In this document: positions 46,981 through 60,109 of the stretch, piece after piece
How positions within the stretch are numbered: position 1 is the stretch's first letter
Layout: each line of letters starts with the position of its first letter
The notes under the pieces: generated by a model
What the model saw: only the letters and a program-made list of their open reading frames with translations
Database searches by the model: none
What the model was told of the DNA's origin: nothing
NCBI RefSeq assembly: GCF_044704955.1
Contig: NW_027254382.1
Span: forward strand, 372,001-436,000
Source: Pristiophorus japonicus
Taxonomy: Eukaryota
DNA length: 64,000 nucleotides
Direction of reading: 5' to 3'
Translations under genes and position numbers: made by a program

Positions 46981-47099
46981 GATGCCCATCGATTGAGTTG
47001 TTACATTCCGTCGGCTGATGTCACATTGTGTCTCACACTGAACACATTTACACAGAGCGAGGAAGAATGCGTGCAAACGTTAGTAGTGTATGTTTTTGT

Positions 47100-47730
47100 G
47101 GAAGTTCACACTGACACATAAACACAAAACGGACTTACACATAAACACACAGCGACTTACACATAAACACACACATTGACACACTGACACAAGATATTAC
47201 GCATACCCAGAATATAATACACACCGTCATTGTCAGAACCACAGCACCATTAATATGACAGCAAAGATAAACACACCCTTAAATAAAACAGAAGCACTAA
47301 CACACACACACACAAACACACACACTTAAACTTGCATAAACACATATTCAACACAAACTAGCTAACGCATAACACACAGACACATTTACATGCGAACACA
47401 CACAGTTACACATAAATGCACACATTCTTACCCACAAACATACACAACACTTACACATAACCATACACAAACACGTTAAAACACAAACATTAACGTACTT
47501 ACAAAGAACACACATACTTAAACATAACCACAAACAATTGCATATATACACACAAAGGCTTACATGTAAACATACACAAACTTACAAAAATACACAAACA
47601 CTTACACATAAATATAAATATATGGAATGACACATTAAAACATTCAAACTTACATATCAACACACATCAACACACAAACACAGACAACACCAAAAGAAGA
47701 GATAGTCATACACACATGCACAAACATTAA
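47100..47730. repeat. CA-rich low-complexity tract
   Basis: Visible composition. Confidence 0.85.
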
Positions 47731-48368
47731 AGTGCAAAAAATACGTCAGGTAACAGACGAATATAGAATTAAAATAAATTCTTTGAACAGACAGTTTGCA
47801 ACGATTGTATTAAATAAATCATTTCTGATACCATAATATCTCACATTCCTATAGTCTGGTCCTGCACACAAACTAAATCAAAGTTCTTAGTTGGAAACTC
47901 ATGCACATTAATTATGTTCAGAATCTTGACTACCACAAATTAATCCAGATTATAACTCACATCTGATGTCTTACCCTGCCCCTTTGACAGTCTCCGAATA
48001 ATTAACTATCTGAAGCTATTGTTAAATTAATCGATATCATTCAGTATAGTTCCCTCGATATTACATCAAACTATTCCCGAATGGTAAATCCTTTGAAATT
48101 GATGCAAAATCAATTAGCCTGTGACATTGAAGGAAAACTGTCATATTTTCCAAAACCGACTATAGAAGGATCATAAAGAAAGAACGACTGTGGAATTAGG
48201 AACACAGATAGATTACTGAGCGTGATTAACTTAACACAGGACATACATTGAACATTAAAATAGAGAACAAACTAACAGCTTAAAAAAAGAAAAGAGAATA
48301 CATAATAATAAGATGAGATTTTGGAGTAACAAACGATTTGAATATATTTCCTCCCCGACATCCCATAG

Positions 48369-48496
48369 ATTCCTCAGACCAGATGTGGATTGAAGAGTAT
48401 GAGGACGAGAGCAGCAACATCTGGACAACCGCTTCCACATTCATCATCTTGATCTTCCTGAGCATTTCCTACAGCGCTGCCATCACTCTGGTGAAG
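48369..48496 (+). pseudogene. IGHM: IgM transmembrane exon TM1
   Basis: Acidic spacer plus IWTTASTFIILIFLSISYSAAITLVK (CART motif); CCATAG acceptor and GTGAG donor. Confidence 0.95.
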
Positions 48497-48634
48497 GTGA
48501 GAAGATTCAATGCACTCAGTTCGAGTTGATTGAAGAGGTTTGACAAATTTCTAAATGTTTCATTGATAACAACCTTGAAATTATTGCCCCAAACCACTAA
48601 AACGCTGCTTCAAACTTTTATCCCTCTTTTACAG

Positions 48635-48643
48635 GTCAAGTGA
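48635..48643 (+). pseudogene. IGHM: IgM TM2 exon (VK*)
   Basis: TTTTACAG/GTC AAG TGA completes the KVK tail; AATAAA at 48707, 49061 and 49084. Confidence 0.9.
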
Positions 48644-49419
48644 TTGACTGAATTTCGGCTTCCGTGGATTTTTCTCCTCTTGTTGTTAACATCACTTTGT
48701 CCTGAAAATAAATTATGTACTCTTGGTGATTCCCGGAGTCAATTGCCTTCAATTTTTTCATTTCTCTCTTTGAAATGTGTGAGATAACCGTGGCTATAAT
48801 GTAAATGTATCTCGGAGTTAAACAATTGTTTGAATATCTCATGTGTACATAAGTCACTTTTATCATTCATGATTCACAATTATTCCCTTCCCTTGGTGTT
48901 GAACATCTGTTTCTCTCTCCCTGATGTCTGTTAGAGTTGTACAGATAGCTGGCAGCTCAGACCGACTGTGTGCTGGTATTAATGTGACGCTCATTTGTTA
49001 TATTCAATTTGTGTGAACTTTTGAAAACCTTCCCTGTAAATTGTTCTCTGTGAAATTGTTAATAAAACTGGAATGGCAAATGGAATAAATTGGACTTTGC
49101 TGAACTCCTTACTCCAAGGCTCCTTCACACTGTTCCATTTCCCTATCACACGTTGTTTTATTTCCATGAAATGTATTCTTCCCACGTCCTATCCTGTTTG
49201 TGTTTGAATCCAAGTCGCTTCGGTTAAGGAGCCACTGCGTCACCTAGTGTCCCATCAGAGTGATGGCACATTTTCCCGTGCCTTGTTACATCATGCACCA
49301 GAGGCGGAATGACTGCACAGCGACCAGGCGGTCTCCTCTAATATTATGGTCTTTCATGTGCCATGTTAAATTAAAGAGCAGGCCTCTGATGCACCATAGT
49401 CCGATACAGTATAGTACGT

Positions 49420-49735
49420 GTCAGAGCAAATCTCCCTCTACACTGTCTTAACAAACACTCACAGGGCAGGTACAGCACGGGTTAGATGCAGAGTAAAGCT
49501 CCCTCTGCACTGTCCCATCAAAAACTTCCAGGGCAGGTGCAGTACGGGTTAGATACAGAGAACAGCTCCATCTACACGTGCACACCACACCCTCCCAGGG
49601 CAGGTACAGCACGGGTTAAATATAGAATAAATCTCCCTCTACACCGTCCCAAAAAACGCTTCCAGTGCAGGAGCAGCACGGGTTAAATACAGATTAAAGC
49701 ACACTCTACACTGTCCCATCAAACACTTCCAGACA
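49420..49735 (-). repeat. 67-bp satellite, inverted
   Basis: agggcaggtacagcacgggttagatac units. Confidence 0.9.
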
Positions 49736-50169
49736 CACTAGGGAGCAAAACTCTTGGAATGATTCCCAAAGACTGGGGCCTAACTGACACACAGACACGC
49801 GCTCCAATGTTTCTGTTATACACATACAGAAAGCCAAGAAAGAGACGACAGGTGGAGAGACTTTCTTTGACAGAGAGGAGATGAGGGTTCACGCGGCAGC
49901 TGCAGGTACATTTGGAGCTTTGTGCCCTTTGGGCACCTACATACAGAATGTGTGATGCACGGGCAATATCAATTTATGATGTAAAATCATTGTCGTTTTG
50001 TTCTGCCCAATATGCGATTGACATCCTCCTCTCTGGGAGGGCATTCGTAGAATGTAAGTTTTGTTTTCGATTCAACTCTTTAAAGGTGACCTGAATGCAT
50101 ATGGTCCACACAGACAGAAATGAGTAGGGTAATCACTGCCAGCCGTTCTCCATTATGAGGAACTTACGT

Positions 50170-50975
50170 AAAAACATAAGAATATAAGACATTGGAACAG
50201 GAGTAGGCCATAGTGCACCTCGAGCCTGCTCCGCCATTCAATAATATCATGGCTGATATGATAATGGACTGAGCTCCACTTCATTGCCTGATCCCCATAG
50301 CCCCTTATCGTTTAAAAAACTGTCTATTTCTATCTTAAGATTATTCAATGTCCCAGCTTCCACGGCTCTCTGAGGCAGCGAAGTCCACAGATTTACAACA
50401 CTCTTAGAGAGGAAATTTCTCGTCATCTCTGTTTTAATTGTGCGGCCCCATATTTTAAGATCATGTCCTCTAGTTCTAATCTCCCCTATCAGTGCAAACA
50501 TCCTCTCTGCATCCACCTTGTCAAGCCCCCTCATAATCTGATACATTTCGATAAGATCACATCTCATTCTTCTGAATTCCAATGAGTCGAGGCCAAAACT
50601 ACTCAACCTTTCCTCATAAGTCAACCCCCTCATCTCCGGAATCATCCGAATGAACCTTCTCTGAACTGCCTCCAAAGCAAGTATATCCTTTCATAAATAT
50701 GTAAACCAAAACCGCACACAGTTCCAGGTGTGGCCTCCCCAATATCCTGTATAACTGTAGCAAGACTTCCCTGCTTTTATACTCCATCCCCTTCACAATA
50801 ATGGCCAAGATACCAATGGCCTTCCTGATCACTCGCTGTAAATGCATATCATCCTTTTGTGTTTCATGCACAAGTACCCCCAGGTCCCGCTGTACTGCGG
50901 CACTTTGCAATCTTTTTCCATTTAAATAATAACTGGCTCTTTGATTTTTTCTGCCAAAGTGCATGATCTCACATT
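50170..50975 (-). mobile_element. CR1 3' fragment (same subfamily as 743-1895)
   Basis: ORFs 50247..50675 and 50614..50964. Confidence 0.9.
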
Positions 50976-51029
50976 AAACACGACCCGCTGTCACCTCTTC
51001 CCTGGACTGCCTTTCTATCTGCACTGCAC

Positions 51030-51290
51030 TGTTCCCTCTGATACCATCTCGCTTAACTCACTGAACATCACCCACGGAATTGTTCTCACTGCTCTGCTCC
51101 ATTCCTTCTGATACCATCTCCCTGAACTCACTGAACATCTTCCTAGGGATCCTGCCTCCCTGCTCTGCTTCATTCCCTTTGATACCATCTCGCTGAACTC
51201 ACTGAACATCACCCTGGGGATCCTGTCTTCCTGCTCTGCGCCATTCCTTCTGATACTATCAACGTGAAATCAGTGAACAAATTCTACGGA
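51030..51290. repeat. ~71-bp tandem repeat, 4 copies
   Basis: GATAC.ATC at 51040, 51110, 51181 and 51252. Confidence 0.85.
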
Positions 51291-54229
51291 TACGGCAGTA
51301 ACCTTCGAGGAAACAGCCAATCATTGTGCTATGATGTATGCGAGGGATTATGGCGTCATCCACGGAATCCAGGTACGCAACTCAGTTGAAGTTAGTACCA
51401 GGGACAAACATATTTCCTGATGTTTGATTTCTGATTTAAGCAAATTGGAAAAGGAGCCTGAGGTGAAAAGGGCCGAATTTATTGATGCAGTTACGATCAG
51501 GAACATACTACGTGAAAGAGTGGGGGAAAGATTAATATTAACTTTCAAAAGGGAATTAGTTAAATATCTAAAGGGAGAAAATTGCAGGGCTTTCGCAAAA
51601 GATGGGACGAATACGATAGCTCTTTCAAAGTGACAGCACAGGCTTAATAGTCTGATTCTAGATCAGAGGCGATGCCAGCGAATGTTGTCATTCTTTTCTC
51701 ACAAGTAACTTTAGCAGCAACCAGTTGGCTTCTGCTTCGTGTATGTCGCTAAGATACTCAACCTGCCCAATTGATTGGCTCTGCAGGACATTTCCCCGAG
51801 TATCAAGAAATCAGTTGATTGTGAGCCCTTCTAACAGGAGACTGTCCTTTGGGTCCATCGCAGTGTGTGTCGGCTCACAGGAACCAATGTGGCAGGATCT
51901 GCCCGCCGTTATATACGACTTCAACAGTCGGAGCCAAGATCTACAAAGTAGCGGGAGGTTCTGTACGAGGGTTGAACGGAGTTCCATCACTGTGAGTCCC
52001 AGGGCACGTTAATAAATTGCAGGTTCGGTTATCTGCAGCCCAGAGATGGTTAAACTGGTAAACTTAGTCACAATTTAGAGATCTGCAGAGAAACGTCTCT
52101 GGCAAAATATATTACCTTCATAATAGCCGATGTATTTCACCAGAATAATCTCGGTAGCAGGTACGTCGTGGTAAGTATTCCCTGCGCTGGTTTAAATTAT
52201 GCTAATTAAGAAGGACATTAACTGATAATTTAAATAAGTTATACAGGTAAAATCCAATGGAGTTCGGTAATGCAGCCTCAATATGAGATGACGGTATATG
52301 AAGGAGATAAACCTGAAATAAATGCACTTACAACACCAGTTCCGAAGATCCAGATCGTTACTGGTACGCTTGCACCTTATCCCGGCAACGCAGTTTACCT
52401 TATACCGCAATAACACCAGGGAAATTGGTGCCGATCTTGCAAGAGGATAATTCGATGCTCGTCATTTAAATGAATATTAATTTTTCCTTTGTCAATTTTT
52501 GTAGCAGAAAATGAATACAGCGCCGTCTATTTCTGTTGATTGAGAATCACGGTGCTTCAAACTGATCGACTATGTAATACATTCTAGGGAAACCACAGAC
52601 CAAACCAAGAAGATATCTGTCATCAAGCGATTCAATAAAGCAATATCTGTCATTGAGGGAACTTTTAAAACAACATGTTTAATTTGTTTTCATATCAGGG
52701 ATGAGGGGATTCTGTGGAGGGACTGGAGAAGCTGGCATTGATCTCATTAAAACAGAGAAGGTTAAGAAGTGATTTACTAGAGATGTTCAAAATTATGAAG
52801 AGTTTTGAGAGATTAAATTCGGGAAACAGTTTCCAGTAGCAGAAGGGTCGGTAACCAAAGGACAAAGATATAAGGTAATTGGGAAAGGAACCACAGATGA
52901 CACGAGGAAACATTATTTTACCCAGCGAGTTGCTTTGATCCGCAATGCAGAGCCTGAAAGGGGGGAGGAAGCAGAGTCAGTAGCAACGTTATAAATCGAA
53001 TTGTGTAAACACTTGAACGAATAAACGAACAGTTCTACGGCGGAATGCAAAGGTGTGGGACTAATTGAAAAACCCTTGCAAAGAGGAGGCACAGGCACAA
53101 AGGGTCATAACGGCATACTTAGGCGTTGTATCATTCTCTGTACGGGACCGTTGTCCCAAAGCAATGCTCCACTAATTCCCCTTGAATCATGCTGCAAGTC
53201 TCTTCACTGCAACTCATAAGAAGAAGCTTATTCGTGTCGACCAAAAAACAGCGGGGTTAATGGCAGGAGTAGGTTGGAGAAGAATCTTTCACAGAGCGAG
53301 CACAGACAAGATTGGTCAGACGGCCTCCTTCAATGCTGTATTATTGTGTGATTCTATAAGTCAAGCACCATCCGGAATTTTCATTTATCGTTGTTACTTT
53401 ATTGTCCATGGGTTGAAATACTGGAACATCCTACGTGACACCACATTCACCACATGGACTGCAGCGGTGCAAGGAGAAAGCCCACCAACACTTTTTCAAG
53501 GGCAGCCAGTAATGCACAATAAATTCCGGCCTTGCCATCTACGCCTATATCTCGAGAATAGATACAAACATCTAAGAGAAACAGCGGGTATAGAAGGACA
53601 ATCACCAAGTTAAACATTTCTTGGTTTCTGCTTTTTTTGCTTTCTTTTACTATTACCTTATTTTATTCTCTTACGCTTCTTGTTCTTTCTCCATTTCAAT
53701 CTTTCTCTCGTCTCTCACACTTTCTCTCTTTCACTCTATTTACTGATTCCAATTTCTTCTTTTGCAATATTCATAACGTTGAATAGTTAAATTGCATCCC
53801 CGAATATTTTCTTATTTTGAACAAGTGGAGTGCAGTTGGGAGGGAGGCTTGAATTACCATTCAGAAATACTACCCAGAGCAATGCTCCTCCAAAATCTGT
53901 GTATCTTCTCCTTTATTGTTACTGAATGGCATTCTGAGTGATGCGCCAAATTCACATGAGAGGGAGTAGAGTAACTACATCGTGGCGATTCGTCAATCCT
54001 ATTCAAATGCTGTTACCCAATTAAAGAATTTGGTGCCTTTTACCAGGAGAAGAATTGCATGCAATGCTTCTTTACTTTCTGTTATACCTCCCTGCCAAAC
54101 AGTTGCTCACTTTACTGAGTATAGCAGCTTGCAATGGGAAATAGAATTTCAATTTTAAGGTGTTGTTGGTGACATTGTAATAGCGCCCATATCGTACCAT
54201 CATATCATTATATTGTGGCTGGTGCAGGA

Positions 54230-55550
54230 TCATAGAATCATAGAATGGGTTACAGCATAAATGGACACATTTCGGCCTGTGGAGCCCCTGTCCGCACTCT
54301 GCAAGAGCACCTCAGCTATTCCCACTCCCCACCTTTTCCCCATAGCCCCGCACTTTTCCCCTTTAGGTAGCTATCCAACATCCTTTTGAAAACCACGATT
54401 GAACTTGCCACCACCATCCTTTCAGGCAGTGCTTTCCAGATCATAACCACTCGCTGCATAAAAAAGTTATTCCTCAAGTCGCCTTTGGTTCTTATGCCAG
54501 TACACTTAAATCTGTGTCCTCTTGTTCTCGGAACTTCCGCCAATGAGAAGAATTTCGACCTGTCTTTTCTGTCCAGAACACTCATGATTTTGAATACCTC
54601 TATCATATGTCCTCTCAAGGTTCACTGCTCCAGAGAACAATTCCAGCTTCTCCAGTCTATGCACGTAAATGAAATCTCTCATCCCTGGAACCATTCTTCT
54701 AATTTTTCTGCACTCTCTCGAAGGCCTTCACATCCTTCCTAAAGTGTGATGCACAGCATTGGATACAACACTCCAGTTGAGCATGAACCAGTGTTTTATA
54801 GAGGATTATCTTAACTTCCATGCTTTGGTACGCTATGCCTCTATTTATGAAGCCCAGGATGGCGATTGTTGTTTTAACTGCTTTCTCAACCTGCCACTCT
54901 CAACGATTTGTGAACGTGTATCCCAGGTCTCTCTGTTCATGCACGCCCTTTAGGATTGTACCCTTTAATTTATACTGCTTCTCCTCGTTCTTCCTACCAA
55001 AATGTTACACTTCACACTTATCTGCATTGGATTTCATCTGCCACGGATCCGCCCATTCCAACAGCCTGCGGTGCCCTTTTGAAGTCCATCACTGTCCGCA
55101 TCAATGTTCACCATACTTCTAAGTTTTGTGTCATCTGTAAATTTTGCAATTGAGACATGTACACCCAAGTCCAATTCATCAATATATATCAAGAAAAGCA
55201 AAGTTCCTGATAAAGACCCCTGGGTAACACTGATACCTGAAAAACAGCTTCCAGTCAGAAACACATACCATTCATCACTAATCCCTCTTTCCTGTCATTC
55301 AGCTAATTTGGTACCCATGCTGTCACTTTCCCTTTTAATCTATGGGCTTCTACTTTGCTGGCAAACGTATTAGCTGGCACTTCGACAAATGCCTTTTGGA
55401 AGTCCATGTATACCACATAAACCGCATTGCCCTCATCTACCCTCTCTGTTACCAACGTAAAAAAACTCAATCAAGTTATTTAAACACAATTTACATTTAA
55501 CAACTGCATACTGGCTTCCTTTCATTAATACATATTGTACAAGTGACTGT
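54230..55550 (-). mobile_element. Old CR1 ORF2 fragment
   Basis: ORFs 55034..55264 (QGSL.G.LLFLIYI..KFTDDTKL) and 54316..54618. Confidence 0.85.
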
Positions 55551-56151
55551 TTTGCGCAGGATCACAGAGACTGCTGCCATGATCCACCACTCGCAATATT
55601 CCTGAGAGTTATGGATCAAGGGTATTCAGAGCGGTCTCGACAGGATAACAACTGGTTGTCACATAGTCTCATAATCCTGACTCAAAGAAGGAAAGAAAGG
55701 AAGTACTGGATTTATATAGCATCTTTCACAACGAGTGGATGTCTCAAAGCGCTTTACAGCCAGTGAAATACGTTTTGAAAGTGTAGTCAATGTTGTAATG
55801 CAGTGAGCCGATGGTGATTTTGAGAGCACGATAGAATGGAATAGTATCTGTTAGCATTGGTATGATAATACTACTCTGAGGAAACAAACCGCCGGTAGTA
55901 CTGAAATAAGGCCCTCTGATAAAATATAATCTTAATTACACGCAAATCAGTTGTACGATTTCTCACACATGGATGTCAAGATGTACGATATCGCGCATGT
56001 GGATGTCGAGATATTCGATTTCTCAGAATTGGATGTCGCGATGGGCCATGTAATTGGGGCTGATGGAGCTGGACTAAGCTGGTTCAGAACTGACAGGACA
56101 GGATGGCCCACTGGGTGTGATGTAATGCAGAATTAACACGAAAATACATTT

Positions 56152-59043
56152 TTATAATTTGATTAATTTTATAAAGAGATTCATTGGATATTTCAGCGCA
56201 TCCATTAACTCCTCTCTGAATTTACTCTGGATCACTCCATAAATACACGTGTTTGTGCAGGAACTCAAAAGCTGAAGACTATTTCCGGTTTCTTGGAGAA
56301 TACATTTTGGGTCTTTGAAATTGGAACCTGAGAAATAATTATTCTTTGTAATTCGGACATACAAGAAATTTACAACGTACACTGTCCATAATAGGATGCA
56401 ACTGCCTGAGATGGTAAAGAGTAAAACGATGGACTTTCTCCGGCTCTCCATCTCTGGGTCGCTTTGATTCTCTCCATTGCTGTGGGACCGGAGCCTCCTG
56501 CGGGCTCTGCTGGTCGCTAGAATATGTCTGACGGTCAGAGCATTGAGCAGCAATATCAGGAGAAAGGGGAGTCATGGCGTTAAAATTCTGTCAAGCCAGT
56601 CATATACTATCCATAGAGGAGAAGTATAAAATATTACTTTGATGTTACATAACCACGGGCCTTTTCAGTTATGAACATCGGTTCATAAGTGAGATAAGAA
56701 GGGATGTTTTTTTAAACAGCCAGGGCACCGACCATGACTATAATAATAGCCGCACTTTTCTCAGTGCAATATTTTGTTTTCAGTTTCTGGCATCATATGG
56801 CCACAAATCGATCGAAAGTGAAAGCGACCGTTAACCAGACGGAACTATCCGTGGCTACATAAATTAGGATAGATGTTATAGTACAGCCTGGAGTGGTGGA
56901 CAGCCGACTAAATTGAAAATAAATTCCACTGATCTGGTTTAATATCACAGCGGTGATAATGACCAGGAGATCTGCCACTTCCATGGACAGCAGGTATCAA
57001 GTGATACATCTGGAAAGACCACACTTTCCTCGGTACAGGATCACAATTGTCACCAAGTTAGCTGCAAGAAAGAGACAGAAAAGAAAACAGTAACATTATG
57101 TATCACTCCTCCTTGATGTTTATTTATTTTGATCATATTTCAGTCTTAGATACTTCACCCCGCGATGGGAATGATTCAGTTACCAGTCGGCAGAGATTGA
57201 TCTGTTAAGATTTGAATAATGTTTGAGGAAGGGAAGCGGGAACAGTGAATGTGACCAAGCGTGGGTGGACTGAAGCAATGAATGAGGAGCAGGACACTGA
57301 GAACAGGCCATAGAGTTTTAGGTGCAGCTTCGTGACTAAAACCGTTTAGCGTTCACTGATTGTCAACCATTTAATGACTCAGAATATCCCTTCAATAAAT
57401 GCATGGCTAAAATCATACGTCAATCATGCAATCATTAAATCAGTTCACAAATTCGATCATATAGACTCATAGATTCATAGAAGTTTACACCACGGAAGGA
57501 GGCCATTTAAGGCCCTCGACCAACAAGAGGCTATCCAGCTTAATCACACGTTGCAGCTCTAGGTCTGTAATCCTGCAGGTTACGGCACATATGGTGCATA
57601 TCCAAGTACATTTTAAAAGTGATGAGGGGTTCTGTCTCTACCATCATTTCAGGCAATAAGTTCCAGACCACCACAACACTCTGCATGAAGAAATTCCCCT
57701 CAAATCCTCTTTAAAACTTTTAATAATTATTTTAAATTGATGTATCCTGGTTGTTGATCCCTCTGCTAATGGCAATAACCATTTCTATCAACTATATCTA
57801 GGCCCGTCATAACTTTATACACCTCAATGAAGTTTCCCCTCTGTTCCAAGAAAAACAAATCTAGCCTATCCAATCTGTCCTCGTGGCTAATATTCCCCAC
57901 TACCGGCAACATGTTCGTAAAACTCCAGTTCAATCATCTCCTTCCTGCAATGCGGTGACCAGAACTTCAGCTGTGGCCTAACCAGTGTTTTATACAGTTG
58001 AAGCATAAGCCCCCCCTGCTCTTGTATTTTATGCCACGGCTAATAAATGCAAGCATTAATTATGCCTTATTAATCAACTTATCTACCTGTCCTGCTAACT
58101 TCAGGGATCTGTGGACATGCACTCCAACGTCTCTTTGTCCCTCAACACTTCTCAGTGTACCATTTAATGTGTATTCCCTTTCCTTGTCAGCCTTCCCCAA
58201 ATGCATTACCTCACAAACTTCTGGATTAAATTCAATTTGCCACTGTTCTGCCCACCTGACCCGTTGATAGACATTTTCCTGCTGTCCCCACCTTTATTCT
58301 TCATTATCAACCACACAGCTGATTTTAGTATCGTTTCGACGCAATAGTCAGAAATAGATGCATTTTAATAAACCTTTACACGCACCATTTCTGGACATTT
58401 GTCCAGAGACAGCATTTGTGAACCTGTGCTTGATCACCAGAATTAACTGCACTGATGAAAAGTGGCGGGAAATACATATCAAGACACACATTATTGACCG
58501 ATCATTGTCGCATCGGTTCACTTCATATTTTTGCATTAGTCACACGATTCTTACTTTTTAAAAATAACGACTTTTGGACTTCAACAGAGATTATTAGCTG
58601 AAGGCAGTGCGAATATAGATCTGGGACAGGAAGTCATGCTGATGCAAAATAATGTTGTCATGAATTTTGCTTTGGACACCTGGGGAACTTTACATTTCCA
58701 ATGAAATGTCACACTGAACAGGGATAGAAAAGACACATACTCTGACTCAGGGAGATTTGAAATGAGACCAGAAAACCTGGAAGGTCAAGCAACATCTATG
58801 GAGAGAGAAAATGAGTTAATGCATCAGATCAGTGATCTTTCCTCAGAACACAATGAACAAAGCGGCTGTGAAGCAAAATCTCGAAACACAAAGTGTCAAA
58901 TCGGGTAAAGACGCAGATCATCAGCAGAAACCGAGATATCCTTAACAACTAATGACTTGCTGTAATACCTTACCTGGGACACCGACAGCAGCGAGAAGCG
59001 GATAGTAAATGGCAAGTATTGGACTGTTTCCAGGAGCGTGCAT
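56152..59043 (-). pseudogene. GPR139-like: Two-exon class A GPCR pseudogene, GPR139/GPR142-like (exon 1 59043-58974; exon 2 57061-56152)
   Basis: Exon 1 MHAPGNSPILAIYYPLLAAVGVP with a GTAAG donor. Exon 2 ANLVTIVIL.RGKCGLS.CIT*YL..M..ADLLV...SVWLTVAFTFDRFVAI*CQKLK.KYCT...LSSCTNTCIY. Stops at ~56997, 56793, 56712 and 56572, and a frameshift near 56660. Confidence 0.88.
57460..58335 (-). mobile_element. CR1 fragment in the GPCR intron
   Basis: CATAGA(C/T)T tail repeats and a degenerate ORF2 C-terminus. Confidence 0.75.
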
Positions 59044-59399
59044 TCTCAGTGAGAAACGAATTGCTGGAGACAGTAGCTCCAATATGAGTTGTGGCTCATT
59101 CTAATGATCCCTTAGTTATACCGAATGTTAATCCCTAGTGAGCCAATCAGATTGTGCAATTTTATTGTTAGCTAAGGTCATTGAAACAAACAAATTAAGG
59201 CAGCCATTTTCGAGCTCACCTTTTCTACATTAGAATAACTTCCAATGAATATTGCACCATGTGGAAGGGGAAACAATACTTCTGTATCTTTCTGAGGAAA
59301 ATACAGTGAAAATCTCCATCTGGACATTCGAAGATGCCATAAAACCTTGCACAGCATAGAGGTCCGAGTTCAATTCCTGGTGTTTTCTCTGGAATTATT

Positions 59400-59700
59400 G
59401 GGCACAGTCTCAGGATAAGGGGAAGCCCATTTAGCATCGAGATGAGGAGGAATTTCTTCACTCAGAGGGTTGTGAATCTTTTGAATTCTCGGCCTCATAG
59501 GGCTGTGGATCCCGAATCTCTGAATATATTCAAGACTGAGGTAGATAGATTTTTGGAGTCTATGTAGAATCTGGGGATATGAAGATTGTGCAGGAAAGTG
59601 GAGTTGAGTTCGATGATCAATCATGAATTTATTGAATGGCAGAGCAGGCTCGAGAGGCATAGGGCCTACTCCTGCTCCTATTTCTAATGGTTTGTTATGT
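59400..59700 (+). mobile_element. CR1 3' fragment
   Basis: gggcacagtctcaggataagggg...gagatgaggaggaatttcttcactcagagg matches 24958-25030. Confidence 0.85.
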
Positions 59701-60109
59701 TCCTTAATCGGACGCAAATTATCTCAATGGGAGAACGCAGTTGTTGCGATCTAATGATAACTTTTGTCTCCCATCCTGCAATAAAGCAGTCACAGGGTAG
59801 TAGGTGGTGCTATCATTCGACAGAGCACCCCTTGTTCTGCAGCAACCCGTCATACGGCAGAAGGGGTGCTAAAATTATAAACCACATCCCTCATCATCCG
59901 ATAAATCAATAATCGGGATGGTACAACTCGACAGACAAATAAGATGTAAACAGAAACATTTTTTTTATCAATTAAAACATGTAATACTCAAATAAACAGG
60001 GTTGAATACAGGAAACAGCTAAAGAAAATGATCGCTGCTATTACATCATCAAACACTAATGGACTAATGGTTTGTAGACAACTGTGGCAGTAATGGGATC
60101 AGCATTTTT

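Noticed and set aside
34325-48643. Assignment as IgW or IgNAR, or as a functional IgM
   Set aside because: Four C exons with Cmu-specific motifs, an IgM tailpiece and a KVK tail indicate IgM; the frameshift and stops exclude function as assembled.
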